Notes: generated from the sequence alone by a model not told the origin. A stretch of 64,000 nt of DNA from Amoeboaphelidium protococcarum X5 (GCA_023515725.1 JALDTO010000208.1:373868-437867); one strand, 5' to 3'; counted from the stretch's first letter, positions 11,814 to 25,556 are shown. Program-made: numbers and translations.

Positions 11814-13835
11814 TCAAACACGCTCAACGTAATTAGCTGGGAAAAGACCAACTCTTCCAGCCACATCGCCAGACCACCAATCCTCAGTCACTACTTGAAC
11901 ACTCTGAATCAAGTCGCCTTCCTTGAATGAGATCTCATTTCCTTCTGTCGCGTCATAGTCGTACAGTGCACGGACAGTCATTCCGGCAGTAGCAGCTGCA
12001 GCATCGTTATGAACAGGTTACTCTGCTGGCGCTACTACGGGATGACTAGCAGCTGGTGCTGCATCTGACTTGATATACTCAACATAATTAGCAGGGAATA
12101 TACCGCTACGTTCTACTGTCACACCATCAGCTGCCATTATTTCACCGAACCACCAACCGACATCCAATTCCTAAACATTGTGTACAATCTAACCTTCTTT
12201 CAGGGATAGCTCATTAAACTCGGCAGCGTCATAATCATACAGAGCTACAACCGTGTTTGCAGCAGTGGAGGCCTGGTGAGCATTAGCTGCAGCAGCTTGC
12301 TACTCTTATTCTTGCCTCAATTTCTCGGCCGCTTCTCTCTCCTACTACTCTATTCTCTTTTACTCTTCCAGTTGTTGACGACGTTGTTGCTCTGCAGCTT
12401 CTTGCTGCTCTCTTGCAACACGTTCCTAATCAAGTCTCTACTATTCCTACTCTTGCTGTTACCTTTTCAACGCTTCACCTGAAGAAGAAGAATCATCATT
12501 CCAGTCATCTTAATTCTAGGCTTACTGACTAGTGCTATCAATAGATTTCTGACGCAAAGGAACTTGAGGTGCAGCAGACTAGAAAGATGTAGGAGCACCG
12601 AATCTTTTAGCAACAGGTGGAGCATTACTTGGAACACTTTACTGCTATTAGGAAGGTGTATTTACAGACATGGATTCAAACTTTTTCGCAATAGATCCTG
12701 GTGCAGCAGACGCAGACGATGATGAATAATCTTGTGACTAATTCACCAAATTGTCCCTGCTGGAAGCCACAGCTCCACTACCCCACTTCTTGACAGGAGT
12801 TCCAGACAAATTAGACTTACTGCCGGATCTTGATCTTGATTCCAGCTCCTGCTGCTTGGTCTCTTTTTCTCTTTGGGCCCACATATTCTTCACACTACGA
12901 GCCTATTTGGAAACATCATCAGGTACTACAGCTGCCGTACTAGATGAACTCACAGCATCAGGTCTCTGCTACTACTGCTGCTACATCTGTTCAGATTCCC
13001 TTTACTAATGAGCCAAGCGTTCAGCTTCTTCACGCTACTTTTACTCCATCTCCCGCTACTTCTGCATTCCCTTCTAAGCAGCGTCTTACTCCTGACGCTA
13101 CTTCTACATCTGCTAATCTCGCTCCTTCTGTGCCAACTTCTCCCTCTCCATCAACTCCTTCTCTCTGGCATCACGTTCAGCTCTAATTATAGCAGCGGAG
13201 TTCATTGCAGCATCATTGGCAATAATGGATCCACTATTGTTCTCAGATGAGGAGTCAATCTTATTTGAGGCTTTTATAATCTCCGGTCTCTAGTAATTGG
13301 ATCCAGCATTAGCCTTCGGACCTTCATCAGCAATGTCTTTGCGCACATGCTTCAAATCCTACTACTAATGGCTGTACTTGGCACCCGAGGAATCTCTAAC
13401 TTTCTTCATAATTGCCCGAGGATTAACGTCGTCATCAGTTCTAGCCTAGATTTCAACATGGTAGCCTTTGAGCAGTGTTCTGACAGCAGCCAGATGAGAG
13501 GCGATGAGAGCCTTCTTCTGCACCGGTACACCTTCTCCCACCCAGCTGATGAACACAAACTTCTCCATTCCAGAGCCACCGCCACTTGTCTTGCCCGTTC
13601 CATCAGCTCCATCATCAATGACTCTAACAAAGGCGTACATAATCTTGCTCGACTCAAAACTATCCTCCAAATCCAATAAACCGCCACTTCCAGAGCTATG
13701 AAGATTCAAAGCATTAGATTGAGCACCACTTCCATACGTGAACAGTACCCAATTAGTAATAGCATCGCTAGACAACACTGACTGATAAGCCTTCTTCAAC
13801 GTTGCTGAGTTAGTAGAAAGATCAACTTGCTCCAT
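11814..13835 (-). CDS. ABP1: Actin-binding protein Abp1/drebrin-like (ADF-H + charged coil + two SH3), 673 aa
   Basis: ADF-H (NWVLFTY, KFVFISWVGEGVP); two SH3 domains (ALYDYDA...WW.G...G.FPANYVE). Confidence 0.93.
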
Positions 13836-14158
13836 ATTATTTATTCAAAATACAATTCAACAGAGCTAATGATTTCAGTGACAAAAATTAATAAATAGAT
13901 CAATGTAGTCTCAAAAAGTTCAGACTGAAAGACAATACAGTGAGAACAATTGAATTTCCTGACAGCCAGCGGAATATTGAAGGGAAGAGAGAGAGAAAAG
14001 TAGAGAGAGAGCTCGTGACGGTGAGCGAAAACGATCAGGCGCCTCATTTGATTCAAACACAGTCGAGGCCGTTGTCTCCTACATGACTGTTACGTTTATA
14101 CTGAGACCACAGTATAATTGTTTAAATATCTTAGTAGTATTTTTTATTTTATCATGTT

Positions 14159-14683
14159 TCATACAAGAGTACTGTTGACGATGATTACAATGATAAGAAC
14201 GAGCATAGAGATGGACATGACACCAACTACACCGCGAGAACTTGGGAACAGACCTTTGACCATCAGTGCCTGTGCATAATAGTACCGAATGGTTCCGAGG
14301 ATGAGAAATACCAAGCCGAGTGCCATGAATATAGTACCAAGAATCACGCCGCTCTACGTGTTTGCTGTCGAAGATGCACGAAACAGCTATACGATAGCGA
14401 CACCCAGAGTGAGCATGCCCAGCGATGTTCTCAGATAGGCTAGAAATGTTCGTTCATTAGCCAGATGGTCACGAGCGGTCGCGCCTTTGTTCTAAAGCAG
14501 ATACGACGGACTGTACTTGGCGAGTAGTCGAATGAACCAGGATGGAGCAGTTGACTTTCTAGTTGATCGTGTCCTTCGTCGACTTGCCTGCTCTCGCTAT
14601 ATTATAGCACCTTCTTAATCTTGCTGTGGGTATTCTTGAGACAGAATCTAATCTTTTGACGCTGGAATCTATTCAGTTTCCAT
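14159..14683 (-). CDS. DUF202 (YidH/VTC-like) 3-TM membrane protein (174 aa)
   Basis: NKGATARDHLANERTFLAYLRTSL followed by three hydrophobic helices. Confidence 0.9.
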
Positions 14684-15250
14684 TTTAATTTAAAAAAGTG
14701 TTTTTGCCGTTAAATCTATGGAAAAAAATTCAAATTACTGGCTTTCGATGCACGAAATTTGCCTTGAGAACGAACGAATCAGTTCAAATACACAGAAGGC
14801 GTGTAAGACCATTGGATCATTGAAATATCACTGAAGAAAATAATTCATTAAAGGCAAATGAAAATGTAATGAATTGTAACTTTAAGGGATTGCAAAAGTC
14901 TAGTTCACGATCACGGCAGAGAGGAATAAGCAACGTGGTGGGATCCGCATTCCGCGTCTTGTAACTTTCTCATGAAGGATATTAAAAATTAAAGTCATAT
15001 TAAATTGATTTTTTAACAAATGTTAATGAGTTGAGTACATCATCAACTAAAAACTTGAAACGGAAAGAATGACGAATGTTAAAGCATGGACGGTTCCCTT
15101 TTGAATTTCATGCGCTCGCCTCCACTAATGTTCCCCTTACGATTTCAGTCGATAATTAAAACGACCATTTCGTGAGGTGTATTTCGTAGAATATATTCAG
15201 GACGGTACAATCAGTCGTCAGCGTTCAAAAGAAATATTCATCCTTGGGAT

Positions 15251-17446
15251 ATGAATTAGCAGCGGGATGTTAATTTCTATTCCAACAGTGATAATGATGA
15301 TGGTGACGACAAGGTGGAATCGTATAGATCAAAGTTGCGAAAGTCGAGCGAGAGTGCAGAGACAACGTGGAGATTACACAGCAAAACTGCTAGTCTGTTT
15401 GGAACAGAGTCTCTTAGGTTGGAGAATATGGCTTGGCGAATAATGTTTAAGTAGAAAAAAGGTGAAAGTATTGATAATAGTGAAGTCGTTGATACCGCTT
15501 CGATGACTAAACATGCTCAGAACCGCTCCGCAGTTCCTGGCTCTGTTCAAACTCAGCCACACAGAGCGGGCGATGATAATGATGGGGGAGAGTAGACGAC
15601 AACTTTATCATCGAAAAAATCAATTGATGCTCAAGATCAAACTGTGGACGCGGCGCGATAGAGATTATCCCGAAACAGAAAGTCTAAAAGTCCAGACCGT
15701 GGTCTTTTGTAACAAGAGTTGTCATAGCAACGCGCTAATATTGAACTCTCTGCTTCCCCCGCACAGAGTCAGCAGACAAGCGGACGGCATCAAGAGCTTT
15801 GCTAAGCGACGACCGAGTTTAGTCATGACAACCCTGCGACGTATGCCATGCTGAGCAATTAAACTGCTCTCCACTGTTTGACACCCCAGATATCTAATTC
15901 TGCAGTTGCTTAAGTTTCTATTCAGTAGTCTTAACTCTAAAAGATGCTCAAGGGATCTGATACAAAAGTTTTGGATAGTATCTTGTAGACTATAGGCATT
16001 GATGATCAGGATTTTGCTCTGCTGGATCATGTTGAGAATTAGATGCATCACTCCCTGTATTCTACAGTCACTGGAAGTTCCGCATAGTTGTAGACATCAT
16101 TATCATTGCCTTAATAGATTCCATAATAATCTTAATAGTCCCTGATTGATTAGTAGTTGAGCAATTTATGGTAGATGCAGAATTAATAGTAGCAGTAGCA
16201 GTAAAGATTGTAATCTTAGCAATTGAATGCTCTCTATTAAATGCAGCTTGAACGCTAAATTTCGCTGGCGAATATTGGTGCTGGTACTGAGAAGATGACT
16301 TAATCATTGCCACAATCTTTATCTATTGTTGATCCGTTACAAAGTAGCGGTTAACAATCGTTGCAGGGTGATACGCTATTATAGTCTTAGTTTATTAAAA
16401 CGCGACCATTGTCGCTTATGTGCTATAGTTGCAAAGTGATCTCATCCTGTCTTTGGCATAAGTCATTCACTACTCCAGTTATCATCCTCTGTAATGATTG
16501 CGTCTAGATGTTCTCCAGATAGAATGCTTCTCCACAACAAAGCTCTAAGGTGCTTCCAAATCCATTAAGAAAAGTTGAATCAAGTAATACGTAATAGTCG
16601 CCCAAGACATCTGTCAAGCCAAGCTTTGCCAAACTGGGCACATACACATAGTTTGATTAATTGCAGCTTCGGAACAGCTCTCAGTCGGACAATAAGAAAG
16701 GTAAAATCATTAAGAAGGAATTTGAGAGTGACTTTGGCCAGGGTGAAGAAGAGTAAGATGAGTAGGCAATAGCGGATATTGATGATGATGATGTCTCAAG
16801 CAGAGTTAGTTCTGATGAAGAAGAGGAAGAACAGGCGCCTGCAGCTCTGTCATATAATGATCAAGACTACACTGTCGTGCATCAGAGTGTGAACCCAAAT
16901 CATTTGGTGTCCCGAGTGAAGAATTAGAGCTCTCGCGTGAGAAGTCTGTCAGCCATGACTAAAATGTCTTATGCGACAGAGCGACCCCAAATAGGTACTT
17001 CCAGTCGTGGTAGTAGCAGTAGTAGTAGCAATGTCATCAATAACACTAATAACAATGACATGTGTCATAATTGTCAAACTCAAGTGACACCATTGTGGAG
17101 AAAAGGCCCACACGGTGAGAACTGGTGCAATGCTTGTGGTCTGTATTATAAACTGCATAATGTCATTAGGCCCATCAGTATGAAGTCGTCAGTAATAAAG
17201 AAACGCGTCCGCAGTAGCTCGAGTACTTCCGCGCAAATGTCTGCTCAGCAACAAAAGGATGCCTCTGCGTCTGGTCTCCATAGGCAGCACTCTGCGCACA
17301 ATTAGTAGCAATACCCGTAATAAGACAGCCCTGCTTCCATACCGAGTGGAGTTGATAATAATAACAGTAATATTAATAACAACAATTAAAAGTATAAAAA
17401 GAAGCGCGAGAAAACGGTTGGATTTATGCCAATCTTGGATGAATGA
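15251..17446 (+). CDS. AreA/Gat1-type GATA transcription factor with DUF1752 (731 aa; start uncertain)
   Basis: TWRLHSK...[11 protein letters not shown] (DUF1752); CHNC-x17[29 protein letters not shown]. Confidence 0.88.
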
Positions 17447-17645
17447 CTTATAATATTGATATTTCGGCAGTGAGTGGCACGGTACTATAGAATTATAATT
17501 TGTATTTAAAATGTGCATTTTCTAAAGCGATTTGTGCCACTTTGCTTTCATCAAAATTAGATTATGTATTCAGTCTAGCGACATGGAATAACAATCAAAC
17601 GATAATATATATATTAGAGAACATGAACATGATGAAGATGGGATA

Positions 17646-18334
<689 letters not shown>

Positions 18335-18512
18335 TCAACACTACCTAATAAGGAATTTAAAGTTTCGCTAACGTTAAAGTTCAAGAGGAAAGGAAGGACG
18401 CGGGAGATGAAGCATAGGCTTCTCTTAAATATACTTTACTATAAAGTTGTTCATAAAAACCTTCCACAAAAAAAAGATATCTAAATGCATTAATAATTCA
18501 ACTTTAGTTTAT

Positions 18513-21032
18513 TCATGATGACACTATCTGCAGATGAAATAGGAAAGCATCAGCATCAGCGAGCAACTCTACAATAAGACCCGCATTCATCAAAGTAGAT
18601 CCGTGACGAGTCCCCAATTGCACCGCTTTAAAGGATGGAACACTGACGGAAGCAAATTAGCGCTGATACATTACAACTTTGTAACTCAGTTTTGCATCTA
18701 AACCTTGCAGTTTAATACGATGGGATCTACTAATGAGTTCATGCCACGATACCAAAATTGAATAAACCACAGCCTGTGTCTTATCAGGAAGCACAACCAT
18801 CCACGAGGACAATTATGGCACTTGATTTACGCGCGCTTACGGGAACGGACTGCTCAGACGGTACAAATCTCCATTAAGAACGACAGGCTCCACAACGGAC
18901 TTGTACAGCTGAATGTACTTTTTGATAGCCTCCTACTCTCTTTCATCCAATGCCGCCAGATCCAACTCATATCCCAGCATTCCGGACATGGCCACAAAAT
19001 GACGACTACTCAGCGGTGTGCTTCTCTACAACTGGTGATTAGGCACCGCAGATACATGCGCAGACATCACATTGAACGGATACGCAAGACTGCTTCCCCA
19101 TTGTATCTAGGTACGAGCGATTGCGTCAGTATTATCACTAGTCCATATCTGACTGGAGTAGTACATCATTGCCAAATCATACCGATTTCCGCCACCGGAA
19201 CAAGTCTCAAATAAGACATGCGGGAATGCAGAAGTCAGCCTATGGAACACCTTATACAAGCCAAGTGTCCACATATGAAGAACTTTACCCTGATTCTCGG
19301 CACCCATCAAATTGCTGCCAATCTCTGTAAGGTCACGATTAAAGTCCCACTTGAGATAGTCGGCGCTGCTCTCCCTCAGCACACGGCTCACAGATTAGAC
19401 AATGAAATCTTGCACTTCAACGCGACTTAGATCCAAGACGAGCTGATTACGCGATTCAGTTCTATTACGGCCATTAACATGAAGACACCAGTCTGGATGC
19501 TCCTGATAAAGTCGACTCTATACACTAACCATTTCAGGTTCCATCCAAATGCCAAACAATAGTCCTTTATCATGAATCTTCTTACTCAAACCATCCAGAC
19601 CATTAGGGAACTTGTCCTTGTCTACGAACCAATCGCCCAGTGAATGTTTATCATCATTCCTGTTCAAGAACCAGCCGTCATCAAGAACCACCATGTCAAT
19701 ACCAAGTTTAGTGGCAGGTTCCACTAGCCGCTCCATAATAGCCTCCTCACTGCAAAAGAAATACATTGCCTCCCATGAATTGACAAGTACAGGACGTGGC
19801 TTCTCTGGTGACCAGATACTCTGATTAGTGGATGGTAGTATGGCCCGTCTAATCAATCTATGCATATCACGAGACAATGGACCCATACCATTCTATGAAT
19901 ATCCAAGCAAAGACTATGGACTCTGGAATTAATCGCCAGGCTTCAGAGTCCATTCAAAAGTCTCTGGATGAATTCCCATCTGCATTCTGAGTGTCTGATA
20001 CTGATTAATCTCTACCTGAGCCTTGAACGACGAGGCATAGACAAGAGCGAATGCGTAATGCTCACCAAAGTTTTCGTTCAACTCTCCCCTGGACACTACC
20101 ATGAATGGATTATGCTGGCTGCTACTTGCACCGCGTCTACTCTCAATGCCCACTATACCGAGGTCCAACTTATGACTTACCATCTACCGTTCTCTACCCC
20201 AACTTCCACTCAGATGAGTGAAATGATACGGCGCATCATACTAAGCAGGTGGAAGATCAGCGGTAAAGCTATTGATTTCATGCAGCGTCACATCATGATG
20301 ACCATTATTGATTATTTCAACGTGTCTAGCAATCAGATTCAGATCCAAAAATGCTTGATACACAAGTTTAACTGTCAGACCCTTCAATTAATCTTACATC
20401 CAGATGGTCAACACTTATTATTAACGTTAATGAATAGTATTGCCAGAGTCGCTTCCATTCACATTAGATCTAAAGTGTGGAATATAGTCTGGTATATCCA
20501 CATGGTCCCCAATGGAGTGATTTAGATAGCGAATGGATGATACAAACGATCCATCGTCAGAGTACTTCAATCTGAAAGAGGGTATTCTGTAATCACCTGT
20601 ACCATAGTCGCTATACTCCAGGAGTCGTGCATTCTTATTACCAGCATCAAAAGATTTAGCCTCAGAATCTTTATTCAAGTATTGGATATCATCCGCAGCT
20701 TCCACTGGACCTCCCCAATGCAGGTTCTCAAGCTAGCCATCCTCAGTCACTCTAATCACATAACTGCTCTATTACATCCTAATATGGAATATCCTAGTAC
20801 TTTCATTAAAACTAACACCTAAGTGATTCTAGTCTGACATGGCTGCTTTCAATTTCGGATCGCTGTCAATAATAAACTAATCGCCAAGAGAAGAAGCAGC
20901 TTGGTGAATAGAATGCGGGTTTTATTAGGCAAAGGTGAACTGCTTCCCATTGACGCGTCCGCTCTACAGCACAGCAACGATTAAAATAGCAGTGACGAGT
21001 AAATACATCAGCAACTTCTAATACACAATCAT
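18513..21032 (-). CDS. Secreted GH36 alpha-galactosidase (839 aa, intronless)
   Basis: Hydrophobic N-terminal signal; [51 protein letters not shown]. Confidence 0.95.
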
Positions 21033-21371
21033 ATTTGAATTGGCCGTATAATATTGATGTCTCTCTGGTATTCTCTTTACCAATAATGAAAGAACTACCA
21101 AGAGCGACACCGATATCTTATCGCAAATTCCTGAGAACTTCAGGGGATCGTCACTCACCGGCGCTTATGAAACTCCATGAGATTATAATTGTATGAGTAC
21201 CTACAGTAAAGTGCTTATCTGAGTAAAATTATATTTCCATGGGTGGTTGGCAGTAGAATTAAGAAAACGTGCAAAAAGTCTATGCAAGATGATCAGAACT
21301 CAGATACAGTATATAAGAAATTATATTGAACATTCACACGACACCCATCACCATCATCATTATTATCACTT

Positions 21372-23639
21372 TCATTCGGATAGTTTACGCAAGACAGATT
21401 GAGGATATCCTTCGTTAATATTAACAACTTCGTATACAGCCACCTCTTCTGTTTTGCCTTTAAATAGCTTCTTGTCGACAAAGCGCGCGTCCACATACTT
21501 ACTCACCTCATTGTAGGTGTTTTGTGAGATGAGCACCTGATTTGATGAAGCCATAGAACATATTCTGGACGCCGTATTCACAGTATCTCCTATAGAGGTA
21601 TACTCCAATCTCTGCGATGATCCAATGTAACCGGCGATCAGACCACCAGTGTTCAAGCCAACACCAATAGATATAGGTTCCTTGCCGCTATTAACGCGAT
21701 CCATATTCATTTCACTAATGGCAACTTTGAATTCCATGGCGGCACATACAGCATTCCTGACATCTCTCTCATCTGGCTCTTCATTCAGGGTACCAAATGC
21801 AGCCATCAAACAGTCTCCAATATACTTATCAAGGACACCATCATACTTGAAAACAATCTTCACCAGACGTTCAAAGAAATCATTCAACAAGTCCACAATT
21901 TCCTGAGGGGATCTGTCCTCACTCAATCTTGTAAATCCACGTATATCAGCAAAAAGTATAGTGCCCTTAGTGTGGCGACCACCCTTCTTAACAGGCTCTT
22001 CACCAGTCGATATGACTTTATCAATGACATGAGGTGGGAGGAAACGGCCTAAGTTCTCACGAATAGTCACCTCCTTCTCGATATCCTTGATCAGCTTGCA
22101 ATTCTCAAGAGCAATGGCGGCCTGATTAGCAATAGACTTTACCAGCTGAAGGTCCTTTTCGGCGAAAGCATTGATTTTATTTTGAGAGTCCAAGTGGAGT
22201 ATACCGTGAACTTGATCATGAGCAATAAGAGGTACGCAAATCACTGAGCGAATCATACCACGAGCAATTGATTCAGCCTGGCCAAGCAAGGGATCTTGGA
22301 AAGCATCGCTAGTAATCACGCAAGTTTTAGTGTTAACCACCTTCTTCAGCACTGTATTACTCAACAGAATCTCCTTCTTATCAATACCTTTAATGTTACG
22401 CAACTTCACCTTGTCAATGGTCAAGATGGACGTTTTACGATCGACTAACATCACTACACCGCGATCAACTGGCAGAACAGAGAACATGATATCAAGCGTG
22501 CGCTCAAGAATCTCATTGATATCAAGATCATTAAGACTGAGTTTAGATAGCTCATAAGCCAGACGCAGCTTTTCATAATCATTCTTCAGCGTATCAATAT
22601 CAGTTATTTCATCCGCTTTACGAAAATCCTAACCAGATGGATCACTGGTCAACTCTGTGCGCACTGTCAGCGTCTCTTCATATTTGCGCTCAGACGGCAA
22701 AATGGTGACCAGATTGATGTTCTTTATATCGCTGAGAGGACGCTCCTTGGCGCTACCTCCCGCACTTGATCTGCTTTGAACACTGATCTTCGAGAGACGA
22801 TCAGCGTAGTCTGATAGAACATTGCCTGCAGATTACGTTGGTGAATTGATCGGAAGAGCATGAGGATCAAGCAAGTTATCTCCATCAGTGTCTTGCTCTT
22901 CCTCATCCTCACTTACCTAGCCGACAAACGCTGGATGAGATTGTATAGATTTTCTCCAATTACGCGGATTCACATCAACCTGAGCATGGAAAGTCAACCT
23001 GACCGAGCCAAGCAGAATCTCATCATCTTATCTTAGAATAGTAGGCTCATTGATTCTGACATCATTAATATACACGTGATTAGCAGAGTTGTTATCAGTA
23101 ATGAGCCAGCCATCCTGAGTTTTGTCTAAAGTGCAATGAAACTTACTAATCTACTGACACTACAACACAATATCGCGATCATCGCGGCGTCCAACAGTGT
23201 AAGACTCGCGCGTCAGGTCGAAACGCTACTCGGCGCCATTCTCAGTAGAGTACAGCAGGTAAGCAGGAAGCACACCATCAGCCATACTTTTACGCACAAT
23301 GGACGCTCTTCTTGGCGTGGTGTGGATGTACACCTGATTAGGCTATTTCTGATTACCCGCGCCATACTTGGACAGTCGTGAGCGAGGTGTCGCAGGTGTA
23401 GTTTGATCCTTCCCAGAGTCTGTTAACTTGGCAGCATTCTGCAAATCTTTGCTTCTTTTACGACTGAGCACCTCTTGCGCCAATGACTGAGTGCCTGCAG
23501 AAGATGAATGCTGATTTTCTTTAGACAGCGATGATGATCTAGAAGATATTGCGCGGCTTGGGCTATTTCGCTGGAGGAATCTCTTGTTAGCCAACAGCGT
23601 TGATGTCTTGCTAGGAAACCTGCTACTGTCACCTTCCAT
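21372..23639 (-). CDS. FHA-GAF-class III adenylyl cyclase (755 aa, intronless)
   Basis: FHA (VGRRDDRDIVL...ISKFHC...DNNSANHVYIN), GAF (RSVICVPL, AFAEKDLQLVKSIANQAAIALEN), cyclase (FADIRGFT, DKYIGDCLMA, EYTSIGDTVNTASR). Confidence 0.93.
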
Positions 23640-23899
23640 TATTGATGATAGTTTTAGAGATATAATACAGTAAATATATAACAGTGATTCTCAGGTAAAG
23701 AAGTGGACTTGAAGAAATACCCTTCCAGGCGCCAAGATTAATCCGGCAATCAGGTTATATTTCATTTCGACACCACCCAATCACAATTGTCTTGAACGTC
23801 TCAGATTGGTTGATAAGAGTCGACGCATTTGTCGCAACATCGTCATATAGTTGCTATTACAGTAGTAGAAACGACATTTAGAATATAAAACTAATTTAT

Positions 23900-25556
23900 T
23901 CAATCCTCCTCATCATCATCATCACTATCATATACAAATTCGGTGCTTTTAAACTCAGATTGACTGCGAAACTTCTTGACGCGACGCGAGGAGGACAGAG
24001 CCTTGGCGCGAGTCCTGTAAAGAGAGGAGGACGTTGAAGATTCTGTTTGTCCGGAGAGAAATTCATTGATTTTGTTCAGCGTTGATTCCAGCAGCAAGTC
24101 TTTACGTTTAACTAAATTGCAAGCCTTCAACAACTTTTTAAATCTTTTAATAATGTCACGCTGACTGACACTGGCGAACTGAGGATAGTCTTGGATGCTG
24201 GCCCATATTACATCACCCAGGAAGACTGCAGTAGGAAACTTTTCACGGATACTACACAATATAATGATCACAGTAAATCAGTACAAATTATATACTCTAC
24301 TCTGCAAACATATCAGGATCGTCTCAGTATTACACGTAATAATACGTGAATAATACAAAAATGTCGAAAAGATACGGCAGTCCAATGCATCATTGATAGG
24401 ATGACACTAAACTTTGAATCCTTCATTTTGATGTGGCATCTTTCTTTACATTAAAATGGTGATGGTCCATTTCAATGCCTTATTAAGATGCATATCTCGA
24501 CGACAACTGAATGAGATCACAGAGCAGAATTAAAAATGCTTACCTTTATATCAAAAGATGATCCATCTCGATAGTCCAATTTTGCATCCTCATCCAATCG
24601 TGAAACTAGTCTAATAGGCTTTAAAGGGTGACAACTTCGTCCTGGGCCACCTAGCGCTCTGAGTAAATATTCATAAAGACAGGTTGCATGTAATGCTTCC
24701 ACTTGCTTCTCAAATTCTCTGAAATTCTCGCATCAACAGGATTACGATTAGCATACAATTTCTCCAACAGCGACCATTCACGAACCTTCTTCTTAACTAA
24801 ACGAACAAAATCGTGCACTTTGATTGAATCCCCGCCATTCAGGAGGTTGACCTGATGATTCTCCGCCAGATGCTTAAGAATGACTTCGAGCAGTAGCAGT
24901 TCATCGTCAGATGACCAAGAGACGCGACCCATAGACTGCTATGCACCCAACTCTTTCTCCCTGATTGCCTTGTATCTGGAGCGACAATTTTCAGGCATTC
25001 TGTTCATCAACTCACCAATCTTCTACCACTCTGTACCGTGCTGAGTCACAAGATCCACCAACTGCTTCAAATCCTCTTTGGACCAACCGCGAGTCTTTAG
25101 AGCACGTAGAGCTTCAGCATCAATATTGCTATCAGAAGCAGAAGTGGCAGCAATGATTTACTCAGGATCAATTACTTGATTCAGAGGATGATACAGACGT
25201 TTCACACGATGAAACACAGACTGGAGAGGACGCGTCGGAAAAGGCGCGGCAATGATCTTCCAGAAACGATCGCGTTCTTATTTAGACTGACGCGTCTTAC
25301 CATTACCACCAGCTCTGCCACCAATCATATCATAAAAGTCATCAATGCTCAAGCCATTCTCAGCCACAAATCTATCAACTTACGCCTTCAGTAGAATGTC
25401 TTCAGTCACAGTGAATTGGCCTCTTCTTACTTTGATACCATGAGAAGCCTCCAGAGCCTCAAATTCTGCCTTCTTTGTGTACCATCTTTCATGCATTGGA
25501 GCATCAGATGGCTGCAGGTATTATTCCTGTTGTTATGAAGAGGAGCTTTAAGCCAT
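23900..25556 (-). CDS. Reb1/TTF1/DMTF1-like Myb-repeat DNA-binding protein; intron 24252-24543
   Basis: RRGQFTVTED, FWKIIAAPFPTRPLQSVFHRVKRLY, Myb repeats (WSKEDLKQLVDLV..HG.EW.KIG...R.PENCRSRY; WSSDDE; WTIEMD); the phase-2 GT-AG intron restores frame. Confidence 0.82.
24359..24491 (-). ncRNA. Candidate intronic box H/ACA snoRNA (~133 nt)
   Basis: Two pocketed hairpins, H box ACATCA at 24434-24429, ACA at 24364-24362 followed by TTT; pocket-to-box spacing 13-14 nt in both hairpins. Confidence 0.7.

Noticed and set aside
15086-15175. In-frame upstream ORF before the GATA gene, and similarly 43456-43521 before the NAD kinase, as TGA readthrough
   Set aside because: With one stop codon such frames are common; no homology or SECIS evidence.
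24300-24330. TPP riboswitch-like words CTGAGA...CCTGAT in the Reb1-like intron
   Set aside because: Spacing and flanking helices do not fit, and the host is not a thiamine gene.
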